IMG/VR virus record: IMGVR_UViG_2541047896_000017 | Source of the DNA: a virus | Taxonomy: Duplodnaviria > Heunggongvirae > Uroviricota > Caudoviricetes | DNA: 37,520 bases | Strand: one strand, 5' to 3' | Shown here: positions 9,032 to 19,036 of the stretch, piece by piece | Layout: each line of letters begins with the position of its first letter | How positions within the stretch are numbered: position 1 is the stretch's first letter | Notes under the pieces: generated by a model | What the model was told of the DNA's origin: nothing | The model's database searches: none | Seen by the model: the letters and a program-made list of their open reading frames with translations, nothing else | Position numbers and translations under genes: made by a program

Positions 9032-9094
9032 CACAACATCAGGGCGAGTTCGCCCTGCTCTCCACCTCAGAACATAAACAAGGAGAACGACTTA

Positions 9095-9685
9095 ATGAGC
9101 GAAATCAACTATCAGGCATTACGTGAACGTTATTCACCTGTGCCAGTACCGAAATGCCCTATTTGCGGCGAGGAAATGTCAATTCAGCGAATATCTGGAG
9201 CACAGGTTGTTTATGCCTGCTCCGGTTATGGTGATGATGGAGATTTCAAAATTGGCCGAACTCTTGCTGACGAACATTATGAAAAATCACGCGTAACAGT
9301 GTTGGATGTCGGGGATCCTGAAGTATTGGCGCTACTTGATTGGCTGGAAACCAAAGACAACCGAATCGCTGAACTGGAAAAAATCGCCACTGACTATGCA
9401 CTTAAATTCCAGAAAGCACAGGACGCATTAAAGCATGCCGCTTTGCTGCATAGCAGGACGGCGCAACAAACAAATAATTTTGCAGTATCGCTTCCGGACA
9501 TAAGCGAATATTTCATTAATGACGTATTTCAGCCCTTGCGATACGAGCGGGATGTTGAAAGAGCCATCATAAAGGCTGGCGGAAAAGCATTGTGGCAGGA
9601 GAAACACGAGGACAGAACGCATCAGTCATGCGATGTAAATTGTGGATGGTTTAGCCCACTGACGACAGATAAAAATAACACCTGA
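9095..9685 (+). CDS. Hypothetical protein with N-terminal Cys cluster (possible zinc ribbon); accessory gene between A and Q
   Basis: 196 aa ORF with RBS aaggaga; CPICGEEMS...YACSGYG motif. Confidence 0.55.
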   Translation: MSEINYQALRERYSPVPVPKCPICGEEMSIQRISGAQVVYACSGYGDDGDFKIGRTLADEHYEKSRVTVLDVGDPEVLALLDWLETKDNRIAELEKIATDYALKFQKAQDALKHAALLHSRTAQQTNNFAVSLPDISEYFINDVFQPLRYERDVERAIIKAGGKALWQEKHEDRTHQSCDVNCGWFSPLTTDKNNT

Positions 9686-9689
9686 TCCC

Positions 9690-10175
9690 CCTCAAACCAG
9701 GGCGATAATCGCACATCGCCCTGCTGCACAATAGTGCACAAATTTGCACAATTTTTTTGAACGAATTTTTGCCCTTCCAGCCCGCGTGGCGGCTGGATCC
9801 GTCAAGGATCCGTGCGTGCACAAAAAAACGCGCTTTTTCTGCGCGCAGGTGACGGGGGAACAGCCCGCGTTTCAGGGGGTAAATAGCGTTCCCTTAACGA
9901 TGTCGCAGCGACACGACAGAATGGCCGTATTTCTCACGCTGAGCGTGAAAAATACGTGAGGGATTCTGATTTGATGGGGTGAAAGGTAAGGCCGTCAAAA
10001 TCGCACTGAGGCGGCGAGAACATGCAGTCAACGCGGTGGGATTGCGTAAGAGTCTGACCGTCGATGGTGGCGATAAACTGGAAGGCGTCGTGAAATTATC
10101 TGACTGATACAGGAGCTGGAGAGTCGGGGCATAAATTTTTTATGCCCCGGCGAAGCAGCAGACAAGCGAAGCGCG
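9690..10175. other. Non-coding region expected to contain the cos packaging site
   Basis: In P2, cos lies adjacent to the 3' end of Q; region has GTGCACAA repeats, GGATCC palindromes and a 22-nt palindrome at 10126-10147. Exact cos not identified. Confidence 0.4.
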
Positions 10176-11222
10176 TCAGGATGTGGGCTGGATGTCTAAC
10201 AGTGCGTAAGGGTTAAAGCGGATCACCTCTTCGCCAAGCCAGTCATTGATGTGCTTCATGGCCTCCATGACGGGCATCAGCTCGTTAATTGCGTAAACCC
10301 GCGCGGCCTTCTCCACATCACCAAACGCACTTTTTTCACCCGGCATCGCCCCCATCAGTTGCGGCGGAACGCGGTGCGCAGCCAGCACATCATCACGGGA
10401 TGCCGCTTTAACATTCATGAACTCATCCTTTGCGGTGATCTGCTGGAACGGCAAAATTTGCACCCCCTCTTTGCCCCCGTTGGGCGCATGAATGAGCACG
10501 TTTTTAAACGCACCACCACCACGCGCACCCTGTAGCGTTTCTTTCAGGGAGTCCATGCTTTCGCGGTTTACCTGCGCTGCACCGATGTAGATGATGCACC
10601 CGGCGTGGGATCCGTTGTCGTAATACAGTTTTCTGAACATGTCCGCCGAATGAGACAGGCTGGCCGAGAGTAATGCGCCGAGATATTCCGGCATGCCGTA
10701 GATTTCCTGGTTAATGTCAGGATTCATCAGGTGACACACTTTGCCTGGGCGAAACTGAAACGCATCCTTGCCATCCTGCACATACCACCATGATTCAAGA
10801 TCGCTTCCGCGTCGCATGTATTTCGCCAGGGCGTGCCGTAATTTAAGCGGTTCGCCGAGCATATTGCTTCGAAGCTCAAGGAATGCGTTACCGAACACAA
10901 ACCAGTCCAGCGCCAGCGCCGAGAAATCCTGCCGGGAAAGCAGCGGGTGCGGGATGTAGCAACCGAGTAATACATTGCGCTTAAAGTAAAGCGCAGATTG
11001 ATGCCAGGACGTTTGCCGGGCAGCTCTTGCCAGACCGTACCAGTCCACCGGGGTTTCATACCACCGCCCGTTATCAGCACAGTACATATTGTCCAGCAGG
11101 TCATGCCCGGTCAGGCGGTAAGGACCATCAAATGTGAATGCACTGAGCGATGATTCTTTCCTGAGCGCATCAGCGAGATCAATGCGTGAACTCATGCGCA
11201 CTTTTTTATTTTTTCTGCTCAT
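10176..11222 (-). CDS. Q: Portal protein, P2 Q-like
   Basis: 348 aa, downstream of terminase ATPase gene on the same strand; size and position match P2 Q. Confidence 0.8.
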   Translation of the reverse strand: MSRKNKKVRMSSRIDLADALRKESSLSAFTFDGPYRLTGHDLLDNMYCADNGRWYETPVDWYGLARAARQTSWHQSALYFKRNVLLGCYIPHPLLSRQDFSALALDWFVFGNAFLELRSNMLGEPLKLRHALAKYMRRGSDLESWWYVQDGKDAFQFRPGKVCHLMNPDINQEIYGMPEYLGALLSASLSHSADMFRKLYYDNGSHAGCIIYIGAAQVNRESMDSLKETLQGARGGGAFKNVLIHAPNGGKEGVQILPFQQITAKDEFMNVKAASRDDVLAAHRVPPQLMGAMPGEKSAFGDVEKAARVYAINELMPVMEAMKHINDWLGEEVIRFNPYALLDIQPTS

Positions 11223-12973
11223 CAGAACTCCATAACCGTGAAACGCTCGTTTTCTCCTTCGCCGCCAATCGGTTCGTTAATGACAGCAAGCATGGTTGCC
11301 CACGCAAGGTCGCCGTGGCTAATCCCCCTCGCGCGGTCCGTTTCGTAAGTGATAAAGCCGCCCGGTGTTTTCACCTTACGCACGGCGTTAAAGGCCGCGA
11401 CCAGCTCGCGTTCGGCGCGATCGTATTCCCACCGCCCGGCACGCATTATTTGCAGCATTTTCAGTACCAGCGACCGTTTTGATGACAGCGTGAAGGTGTA
11501 CGGAATAGCTGCAGGGAAAAACCGTTTCACTATCTGATAAACAGCCTCCCCGTTCCCGCCCGTCACATCAATGCCGATGTGTTCCACGTTGTAGCGACAC
11601 GTGAACTCTTCAATGACTCTGGCCTGTTCTTCAAACTCCAGCCCCTGAACGCGTCGCGTCTCCACCGTTCGAAAACGGCCACCAGGAACAGACGGAGGAA
11701 CCACCACGGACACAGCGCCGCTGTCGCCGTTGCCACTGCTGCCGTTTGCGTCATACCCAATCCATACCGGACGATTCCCCATCGGGCGGGGAGCAAAAGG
11801 TTTCCAGTCTTTCCAGTCGTCGTATCCGTCAACGCCGCAGCCAATCAGGATATTCAGGTTAAATGCCGATTCCCCTTCGCGGACAAACTCACACATATAG
11901 AGATTGAGGAACTCGTCTTCGGTGTTTTCATCACGAATTTCGTCGATATCGGTGTGTTTCCAGCCGTGATTAACCACATCTTCCAGCGTGACAATTTGCC
12001 GCCACGTCCGGTCAGGGCAGATAAGCCCGTTATGCAGCGTTTTCCAGTCCACAGAAAAACGCTGGCGTTTATGCGAGGCCTTTTTCTCGTTCCAGCGGTC
12101 GCCGTTCCAGTAGGCGTATGCCTCGTGCGTTTCGGTGGATGGCGTGGAGAAGTAGGTGCGCCGCAGTCCGCTGAGGGTTGCCATAGCGCCAGCCACCTTG
12201 CGCAGTTCAGCAAAGCGACTGACCCAGAAAAATTCATCAAAATAAAAATTGCCCGTATAGGACTGTGCCGACGCAGCAGAAGTGCCGAGAAAATGCAGCT
12301 CTGCGCCGTTGGAGAGGATGATTTTATCGCCCCCTTTCAGCTCCACATCAACTTCAGCCGCGGCCTTCTGAATAATGCTTTTAAACTGGAACGCCTGACG
12401 ACGCGACGCAGACAAAAAAATCTGGTTACGCTGGTAAGGTTGCGCCACATCGTCACGCAGCGCCATCAGCAGTGCTTCCTGTGCAAAATACCAGGTCGCC
12501 CCAATCTGTCGGGATTTCAGGATCATCCTGTTACGTATCCCGGCTTCCCTGCAAAGGGTCAGGGAGTCAAACCAGCCCCGCTGATGCCACTCCAGCCTGC
12601 TGATGATTTTTTCCCGCAGTGCGGCAATCTGTTCCGGCGTGAAATGATTTTTGAGTTTTTTCGCCCGGCCTTTCTTTCCTGCGGCCATCACATCCGGCTG
12701 GCCATCATGCAGCTTTTTAAGCTGCCGGGTCAGCAGGTCTATTTCCTTAAAGTCACCGCCTGTTTTATTCTGTTTTTCAGTAAGCTGGATGAGGCGCGCA
12801 TCGATGGACTGCGTGACACGCTGCACGGGTGGCGTTTCATCCCACTGGTCACGTTTTTTCCACGCATAAATCGTGTTCGGGTTTATTCCCATCAGACGTG
12901 ATATTTCTGCGGGCGGATAACCCTGCCAGTAAAGTTGCCGCGCACGCTGGCGCACAAAAGCGTCCTGAATCAT
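11222..12973 (-). CDS. P: Terminase large (ATPase) subunit, P2 P-like
   Basis: 583 aa with N-terminal HTH-like segment; divergent from the O-N-M-L operon as in P2. Confidence 0.8.
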   Translation of the reverse strand: MIQDAFVRQRARQLYWQGYPPAEISRLMGINPNTIYAWKKRDQWDETPPVQRVTQSIDARLIQLTEKQNKTGGDFKEIDLLTRQLKKLHDGQPDVMAAGKKGRAKKLKNHFTPEQIAALREKIISRLEWHQRGWFDSLTLCREAGIRNRMILKSRQIGATWYFAQEALLMALRDDVAQPYQRNQIFLSASRRQAFQFKSIIQKAAAEVDVELKGGDKIILSNGAELHFLGTSAASAQSYTGNFYFDEFFWVSRFAELRKVAGAMATLSGLRRTYFSTPSTETHEAYAYWNGDRWNEKKASHKRQRFSVDWKTLHNGLICPDRTWRQIVTLEDVVNHGWKHTDIDEIRDENTEDEFLNLYMCEFVREGESAFNLNILIGCGVDGYDDWKDWKPFAPRPMGNRPVWIGYDANGSSGNGDSGAVSVVVPPSVPGGRFRTVETRRVQGLEFEEQARVIEEFTCRYNVEHIGIDVTGGNGEAVYQIVKRFFPAAIPYTFTLSSKRSLVLKMLQIMRAGRWEYDRAERELVAAFNAVRKVKTPGGFITYETDRARGISHGDLAWATMLAVINEPIGGEGENERFTVMEF

Positions 12974-13127
12974 TGCTCCCCCTGAGTAATTACAGGAAGA
13001 TTACCCGCGCGCGAAACTGTTCTCCTTAACCCTCTGTTCTGGCCGTTTTCTTACAACAAAAGCCCTTTGTATCAGCCTGTTACGCTTTGCCATCATGACT
13101 GAAGAACCAGTCAGAGGGGCAAAAACT
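12974..13127. promoter_or_regulatory. Divergent late promoter region (P side / O side)
   Basis: Intergenic region between divergently transcribed P and O; motif not confirmed. Confidence 0.4.
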
Positions 13128-13964
13128 ATGGCTAATGAAAAAAAGACATCCCGCAAAAAGTTTCGCGTGGCTGTCTCCGGATCAACTGTTGATGGCCGTG
13201 AAATCAGTCCGGTGCATCTGCGTGAAGCCGCCGAGAACTTCAACCCGGATGTTTACGCTGCCCGCGTGAACGTTGAGCACTATCTCTCGCCATGCCCGTC
13301 AAGCGAATTTTCCGCAATGGGCGATGTCACCGCACTGAGTACGGAAGACATTACGGAAGGTCCGCTGGCCGGACGTACTGCGCTGTATGCAGAAATCGAA
13401 CCGACCGAGCGCATGAAGCAGCTTGTTGCGGACGGCAAGAAAATCTATTCCAGTATCGAACTGCACCCGCAGTTCTCCGTTAACGGGCGCGCCTATCTGG
13501 TCGGGCTGGCGATGACCGACACCCCGGCAAGCCTGGGCACTGAGCGCCTGAAATTCACGGCACAGCAACGTCAGGCGGTGATGACGTTTAACAGTATCCA
13601 GGGTGAAGCGCCGCTTATCTCCGAAGCCATCGAGTCTGAAATCATCGAAATGGCAGAACAACGCCAGGAAGAAGGCACCCAGTGGTTTAACCGCGTAATG
13701 GGGATTATTGGCCGTGGCCGCAAAGCGGATGACGCCAGTTTTTCCCGTATTCAGGAAGCGGTGGAAGGCGTCGCAACGTCACAGGCCGACATTATCGACC
13801 GTTTTAATGTGCTGGAAACCCGCCATCAGCAGGACCGCCAGAAAATTACGTCACTGACCACAGAGCTGGCAGCACTGAAGGAAAAACTGCGCACGCAGGA
13901 CGGCGATCCGCAGAACCGCTTCACCGCAACGGGCGCAGCCTCCGACCAGCTGGCCGACTTCTGA
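13128..13964 (+). CDS. O: Capsid scaffolding protein, P2 O-like
   Basis: Start chosen at ATG 13128 with RBS gagggg; motifs RAYLVGLAMTDTPASLGTERLKF resemble recalled P2 O. Confidence 0.8.
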   Translation: MANEKKTSRKKFRVAVSGSTVDGREISPVHLREAAENFNPDVYAARVNVEHYLSPCPSSEFSAMGDVTALSTEDITEGPLAGRTALYAEIEPTERMKQLVADGKKIYSSIELHPQFSVNGRAYLVGLAMTDTPASLGTERLKFTAQQRQAVMTFNSIQGEAPLISEAIESEIIEMAEQRQEEGTQWFNRVMGIIGRGRKADDASFSRIQEAVEGVATSQADIIDRFNVLETRHQQDRQKITSLTTELAALKEKLRTQDGDPQNRFTATGAASDQLADF

Positions 13965-13987
13965 TTAGACAAAGGAGCAAATTTTTT

Positions 13988-15040
13988 ATGAATCTGGTGA
14001 TGTCAGATATTACCCGCAACAAGCTGGGTTGCTATATGGCGCAGCAGGCGTCGCTTAATAATATCCCGGTATCTGCACTGGTGTCGCGATTTACCGTGGA
14101 ACCCGCGGTGCAGCAGCGTTTTGAAAACGCCTCAAAGGAAAGTACCGAATTTACGAAAAGAATTAACGTGATCGGCGTGACCGACCAGAAAGGCGAAAAA
14201 ATCCTCCTGGATACCACAGGGCCGATTGCGCGCACGAATACCAGTTATGACGGCACAAAACGCCGTAACCCGAATAACGTGGTTGATCTGAAAAACCGCA
14301 AATATCAGTGTGAACAGGTGAACTACGACACGTTTATTTCGTATCCGCAGCTTGATGCCTGGTCGGCACACCCTGATTTTCAGTCCCGCATCAGCGCACA
14401 GATTGCCCGACAGGTGGCGCTTGACCGCATCATGATCGGTTTCAACGGCACGTCTCACGCGGATGAGTCCAACTTCAGCACCAACAAGCTACTTCAGGAC
14501 GTTAACGTGGGCTGGCTGGAGCACATCAGAACCGACGCCAGCGAACGCGTTATGAATGACGTGACGCTGACCTCCCGCAACATGGACAACACCGTGGCGC
14601 ACGCGGGTAAGTATGCGAACGCTGATGCACTGGTACAGGACGCGCGTTCATCCCTGCTGGATGAATGGCACAAGGAAGCTGACGACCTCGTGGTGATTAT
14701 GGGGCGCAACCTGTTTAACTCGCTGCGTCTGCCCGTGCTGAACAGCATCAGCGGCCAGAATCCCAATGCGGAATTACTCGCCGGGCAGCTCATCCTGTCA
14801 TCGCGCACCATTGGCGGGCTGGGCGTGTTCCTTGCGCCGTTCTTCCCGGATGCAACGATGCTGATCACCTCGTTCAACAACCTGTCGATTTACTGGCAGA
14901 AAGGTTCAATGCGTCGCCTGATGAAAGACGAGCCGGAATACAACCGCATCGCCACCTACCAGTCCATCAATGACGCTTATGTCGTTGAAGACTATGGCAA
15001 GTGCGCGATGGTTACTGGCCTGAAGTTCGCCGACAGCTAA
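13988..15040 (+). CDS. N: Major capsid protein, P2 N-like
   Basis: 350 aa; segments KRINVIGVTD, MIGFNGTS, LSIYWQ, YVVEDYG resemble recalled P2 N. Confidence 0.85.
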   Translation: MNLVMSDITRNKLGCYMAQQASLNNIPVSALVSRFTVEPAVQQRFENASKESTEFTKRINVIGVTDQKGEKILLDTTGPIARTNTSYDGTKRRNPNNVVDLKNRKYQCEQVNYDTFISYPQLDAWSAHPDFQSRISAQIARQVALDRIMIGFNGTSHADESNFSTNKLLQDVNVGWLEHIRTDASERVMNDVTLTSRNMDNTVAHAGKYANADALVQDARSSLLDEWHKEADDLVVIMGRNLFNSLRLPVLNSISGQNPNAELLAGQLILSSRTIGGLGVFLAPFFPDATMLITSFNNLSIYWQKGSMRRLMKDEPEYNRIATYQSINDAYVVEDYGKCAMVTGLKFADS

Positions 15041-15085
15041 TCAACTCACGGCGGGCATCATGCCCGCCTGTAACGGAGAGAAAAA

Positions 15086-15886
15086 ATGATTACTCCTGCA
15101 CAACAACACTGGCAGAACGTGATGGCACAGCGCGCAGGCCGGGCGAATGAAGGCGTGGACCACGCCGCGCGTACCGCGCATGAAGAGGTGCTGTATCGTC
15201 TGCGTCTGGCACAGGCCCGGCTTAAGGGCGTACAGGCCAGAAGCGCGAAAGCCGCCATCAAAAAAGAGTTGTTGCCGGATTTTTCCGGCTGGATTGAGGG
15301 AACGCTGGAGGCTGACGGCGGGCAGCAGGATGAAGTGATTGCCACGCTGATGGTGTGGGCGATTGACTGTGGCGATCTTCCGCTTGCGCTGCGTATCGGC
15401 GCGTATGTAGTCCGTCACAACCTCATCATGCCGGATAACTTTGGTCGTACTGCTGCCACGGTACTGGCCGAAGAAATCTGTAATCCGGTACTGACGCAGG
15501 CCGGGACGGATGCCGACGCGGATTTGTCCGCCTTTATCGAACCACTGGACACCCTCCGGGAGATTGTCACCGACCAGGACATGCCGGACGAAGTGCGCGC
15601 CAAATTATGCAAAGCGTGCGCCTTTGCCCGCCGTGGCCTGAGTGATGCGGACAGCATGGCCCTGTCACTGAAGCTGCTGCGCGAAGCAATGCACCTGAAC
15701 CCGAACGCAGGTGTGAAACGCGAGATTGCAACCCTTTCCCGCGCCCTGAAAAAAGCCGATTCCGCAGCCGAACCAGAAGACGCCAGCGCACAGCAGGCGC
15801 AGGACGAAAGCAGCAAAAGTAAAAAGACAACGCGGAAGCCTGCAACACGAAAAACCACCGCGACGCAGAAGGCGAAGCGCGGTTAA
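15086..15886 (+). CDS. M: Terminase small subunit, P2 M-like
   Basis: 266 aa; MPDEVRAKL motif and basic C-terminal tail as in recalled P2 M. Confidence 0.8.
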   Translation: MITPAQQHWQNVMAQRAGRANEGVDHAARTAHEEVLYRLRLAQARLKGVQARSAKAAIKKELLPDFSGWIEGTLEADGGQQDEVIATLMVWAIDCGDLPLALRIGAYVVRHNLIMPDNFGRTAATVLAEEICNPVLTQAGTDADADLSAFIEPLDTLREIVTDQDMPDEVRAKLCKACAFARRGLSDADSMALSLKLLREAMHLNPNAGVKREIATLSRALKKADSAAEPEDASAQQAQDESSKSKKTTRKPATRKTTATQKAKRG

Positions 15887-15989
15887 CGACTGACCCCGTC
15901 AGCGGGCGGCGTGCGCGGTGTTCCGGTTTGACTCCGTGACCGTTTACACCGCGCACCCACCGCCCGATTTTTTTTCAGGAGTGAACCCC

Positions 15990-16484
15990 ATGACTATGGT
16001 TGCCAGAACTGAACCCGGACCCGCAGAGGACGACATCACCGATACCGATGATGGCGATACCCGCATTTCAGCGGGTGCATTCTGGCCGGATATTGTGCTG
16101 CGCGAGCTGCGTCTGGCGGTACGACTGCCGGGGCGCGTGACCACCTCCCGCCTGCTGCATACTGCCACCGGGGCTGTGGCACACGTTACCCGCGAGCTGG
16201 AAGCATGGCAGCAGGAACAGCAGGCAGCTGGCCATCAGACGCTGGCCGATGTTCCGGCACCCGTAATTAACGGAGAAAGCGTCAATCTCTGGCACTGGCG
16301 CAATGCTGTTTATACCGCCACGCGCGCCCTGATTCTGGAGCGTTATCGTGATGCAGACACTACGGACAAGGGCGACCGCCGGGCGGACGCTCTGGATATA
16401 CAGACATCGGATTTGTGGCGTGATGTGAGCTGGGCCATCTCTGACATTCTGTGCCGCCCGCGAATCTTTGCGGAGTTGTGCTGA
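15990..16484 (+). CDS. L: Head completion/stabilisation protein, P2 L-like
   Basis: Start at internal ATG 15990 with RBS aggagtg; position after M. Confidence 0.7.
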   Translation: MTMVARTEPGPAEDDITDTDDGDTRISAGAFWPDIVLRELRLAVRLPGRVTTSRLLHTATGAVAHVTRELEAWQQEQQAAGHQTLADVPAPVINGESVNLWHWRNAVYTATRALILERYRDADTTDKGDRRADALDIQTSDLWRDVSWAISDILCRPRIFAELC

Positions 16485-16684
16485 TGAAAGTGAAGGCACT
16501 GGAAGGCGACACCGTGGATTCGCTCTGTTTCCGGTACTACGGCACGACGCAGGGCGTCACCGAAAAGGTGCTGGATGCCAACCCCGGACTCTGTCAGCAG
16601 GTATTTCTGGACGCCGGGCAGGAAGTGGAGATGCCGGAGCCGGAGAAGAAGAAACGAGAAATGATTCAGTTGTGGGGGGAGTAG
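16484..16684 (+). CDS. X: Tail protein X (LysM-like)
   Basis: MKVKALEGDTVDSLCFRYYG...ANPGL closely resembles recalled P2 X. Confidence 0.8.
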   Translation: MKVKALEGDTVDSLCFRYYGTTQGVTEKVLDANPGLCQQVFLDAGQEVEMPEPEKKKREMIQLWGE

Positions 16685-16686
16685 CA

Positions 16687-17010
16687 GTGAGCACCATTCA
16701 AACAGGGATCACAGAGCAGGTTATTGCGTGGCTCTTTGACCACCTGCCAACGGTGTATGCAGTAGGCGCGGCGGTCAGCATTTCCGCGCTGATGAGCCTT
16801 TATGACGGACGAACACTGGTTCAGACCGTAACGGGATCGCTGGCGTGCGGCGTTCTTGCCATGGCCGTGGCCGGGTCGTTGCGCTTCTTCGGGTTTCCTG
16901 AAGATGCCGTGACGTTTATCGGCGCATCAATCGGTTTTATGGGTGCAGAGAAAGCACGCGACAAGGTTATTGCGGCCTTTAATCGCAGGGTGAAGGAGAA
17001 GGACGAATGA
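16687..17010 (+). CDS. Y: Holin (P2 Y position)
   Basis: GTG start; about 108 aa with hydrophobic segments; precedes the endolysin. Confidence 0.6.
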   Translation: MSTIQTGITEQVIAWLFDHLPTVYAVGAAVSISALMSLYDGRTLVQTVTGSLACGVLAMAVAGSLRFFGFPEDAVTFIGASIGFMGAEKARDKVIAAFNRRVKEKDE

Positions 17011-17399
17011 GCAACACATTTAAATTCAGCAGCCGGAGCGAAAAGAATTTGCAGGGCGTAAATCCTGATCTGGTGAAAGTGACCCGACGGGCACTGGAAA
17101 TCTCGGAAGTGGATTTTGGTATCACCGAAGGGTTGCGCAGCCGTTACCGCCAGAAGCAACTGGTGGCCACGGGTAAGAGCCAGACCATGAACAGCCGCCA
17201 CCTTACGGGGCATGCCGTGGATGTTGTGGCTTATATCGGCAGCCAGGTGTCATGGGAATGGCCGCTGTACGAAAAAATCGCAGCAGCATTCAGACAGGCC
17301 AGCCGGGAACTGAATATTCCGGTGGAATGGGGCGGCGACTGGAAGACCCTGAAAGACGGACCGCATTTTCAGTTACCACACGGAGCCTATCCGGCATGA
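17007..17399 (+). CDS. Endolysin, likely zinc peptidase (M15/VanY-like) rather than lysozyme
   Basis: 130 aa; SRHLTGHAVDV...H motif typical of L-alanyl-D-glutamate peptidases; sits in the lysis cassette. Confidence 0.6.
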   Translation: MSNTFKFSSRSEKNLQGVNPDLVKVTRRALEISEVDFGITEGLRSRYRQKQLVATGKSQTMNSRHLTGHAVDVVAYIGSQVSWEWPLYEKIAAAFRQASRELNIPVEWGGDWKTLKDGPHFQLPHGAYPA

Positions 17400-17803
17400 A
17401 GCTCTGGCCCACGCTTGGCGTCGCTTTCCTTCTGACTGCCGGATGGGGAACATCCATGCGTCTGTCGTGGTCGCTGGGCCGGGAGAACGCCAGAAACGAA
17501 GCGCAGGCCAGCACCCTGAAAAGTACCGCCGACACCCTGAATATCATCAGCGCCGGGGTACAGGATATGCAGCAGGTGCTGGCGCAACTCCGCGTGGAAA
17601 ATCAGCAACGCAATCAGGACGGAGAGGTAAGACGTGAACAGCTACGCAACGATATTGCAAAAGATGAATGCGCCCACGCTTTGCCTGACGCTCGTTTTAC
17701 TGACAGGCTGCGCAGGCACGCAGAACGCGCCACTGCCAGCGCCGTCAGTCCGGCTTATACCGCAGACGCTGACCATACCGGTAACGCCTCCCCCCTTCCC
17801 TGA
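17395..17803 (+). CDS. Inner-membrane spanin (LysB/Rz-like)
   Basis: ATG overlaps the endolysin stop; N-terminal TM LWPTLGVAFLLTAGWG then coiled-coil-like region. Confidence 0.65.
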
Positions 17804-17954
17804 CACTCCCACATGGGGAAATCTCGGTATATGGGGCGACCGCCTTCTGGATGCACTGGAAACCTGTAACGCGGATAAACGGGCCATTGAATTACTGGAA
17901 CAGCGCAGGCTGCAACGACTGAACAACGAAGATAACAACCATGCTGAAAACTGA
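17664..17954 (+). CDS. Outer-membrane lipoprotein spanin (LysC/Rz1-like), overlapping LysB out of frame
   Basis: Lipobox LLTGCAG after a signal-like N-terminus; Pro-rich. Confidence 0.65.
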   Translation: MNAPTLCLTLVLLTGCAGTQNAPLPAPSVRLIPQTLTIPVTPPPFPDTPTWGNLGIWGDRLLDALETCNADKRAIELLEQRRLQRLNNEDNNHAEN

Positions 17955-18408
17955 TTCCCTGCGTGAAGCCATGACCCGTTCATGCCGATGGTGTCAGGCT
18001 AACCCGGAAAAATTCACCATTTTCGTGGAGAGCGGCAACATTGAAACGACCGGAGAAACCCCATCGTTTGTTTACCGCTATCAGATGGTGATGTTTGTCA
18101 TGGATTACGCCGGGGAGCTGGACGACCTCACGCTGCCGCTGCTGGCGTGGTTATCCGAAAATCAGCCACAGTTGTTGCTCAACCCTGAGCGTAATCAGGA
18201 CATCAAATTCTCCGCCGTTATCAATGACGATGACAGCGCCGATCTCCTGTTTACGCTCCCCCTGCGGGAACGCGTTCGCATCACGCGCAGCAGTCAGGGC
18301 ACACCGCAGGCAGAACACCTGCCGGAGCCAAAACCCCGCCTGCCATCTTCCGAAGGCGACTGGTCGCATGTATTCCAGGATGTGACGTGGGGTGAAAGCG
18401 ATGGATAA
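17941..18408 (+). CDS. R: Tail completion protein, P2 R-like
   Basis: 155 aa, same as P2 R; position. Confidence 0.7.
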   Translation: MLKTDSLREAMTRSCRWCQANPEKFTIFVESGNIETTGETPSFVYRYQMVMFVMDYAGELDDLTLPLLAWLSENQPQLLLNPERNQDIKFSAVINDDDSADLLFTLPLRERVRITRSSQGTPQAEHLPEPKPRLPSSEGDWSHVFQDVTWGESDG

Positions 18409-19036
18409 GGCATTCACTCGCGTGGATGAAACCTTTGAGGCCATCCGCGACAGCCTGAATCAGCAGGCCATCAATAACATCGCCAGAAAGCTGGCACAGG
18501 ATTTACGCCGCGCCCAGCAGGCACGTATCCGGTCACAGAAAGCGCCGGACGGGACCGCATGGACACCACGCAGACGCCACGTAACCCGGATACAGGAGCG
18601 CATTCGCTTTATCTGGAATAACGAAGCACGCACGCTGAAAAACTGGCATCACGACACGGGGAAATACGGGCGAACCATCACCGGGTGGGATGAGGATAAA
18701 AACAATATCCGCACGTTTTACCGGGATGACATCGACCGCTTTCTGGAAATACGCACCCGGCGCATCAACCAGGACAGCACAAAGCGCGTCCCCATGTTCG
18801 TAAAACTGCGCACCGCCCGCTACCTGAAAGCCCGTGCAGATGCTTCCGGTGTGACGGTGGGTTACAGCGGCGTGGCCGCACGTATTGCACGCGTTCATCA
18901 GTTCGGTGAGCGCGATCAGGTTGCGCCGGGCATTTTCACCGATTACCCGGTACGTGAGCTGCTGGGTATCAGCCAGGCAGATGAGCGCCTGATTTATAAC
19001 ACGGTGCTGGGCCGGATTGCGGAGGCTGTACGGTGA
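18392..19036 (+). CDS. S: Tail completion/virion morphogenesis protein, P2 S-like
   Basis: Position after R; start may be at 18401. Confidence 0.65.
   Translation: MKAMDKAFTRVDETFEAIRDSLNQQAINNIARKLAQDLRRAQQARIRSQKAPDGTAWTPRRRHVTRIQERIRFIWNNEARTLKNWHHDTGKYGRTITGWDEDKNNIRTFYRDDIDRFLEIRTRRINQDSTKRVPMFVKLRTARYLKARADASGVTVGYSGVAARIARVHQFGERDQVAPGIFTDYPVRELLGISQADERLIYNTVLGRIAEAVR

Noticed and set aside
9744-10111. ORF 9744..9959 (71 aa) and a possible GTG-initiated 43-codon ORF near 9980..10111
   Set aside because: They sit in the presumed cos region with weak or absent ribosome-binding sites and no recognisable product; not called as genes.
10126-10147. 22-nt palindrome GGGGCATAAATTTTTATGCCCC as a rho-independent terminator for Q (similar GC-stem hairpins at 9040-9057 and 15050-15068)
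   Set aside because: The stems are convincing but none is followed by a U-tract on the relevant strand; left as unexplained stem-loops rather than called terminators.
11579-12901. 440-aa plus-strand ORF antisense to the terminase large subunit
   Set aside because: It lies entirely inside a well-supported gene on the other strand with low-complexity composition and no start context.
12974-13127. Ogr-type late promoter dyad (TGT-N12-ACA, as I recall it)
   Set aside because: I looked by eye in the P/O and FI/D intergenic regions and found no copy with the exact spacing, so no promoter motif is reported, only the regions.
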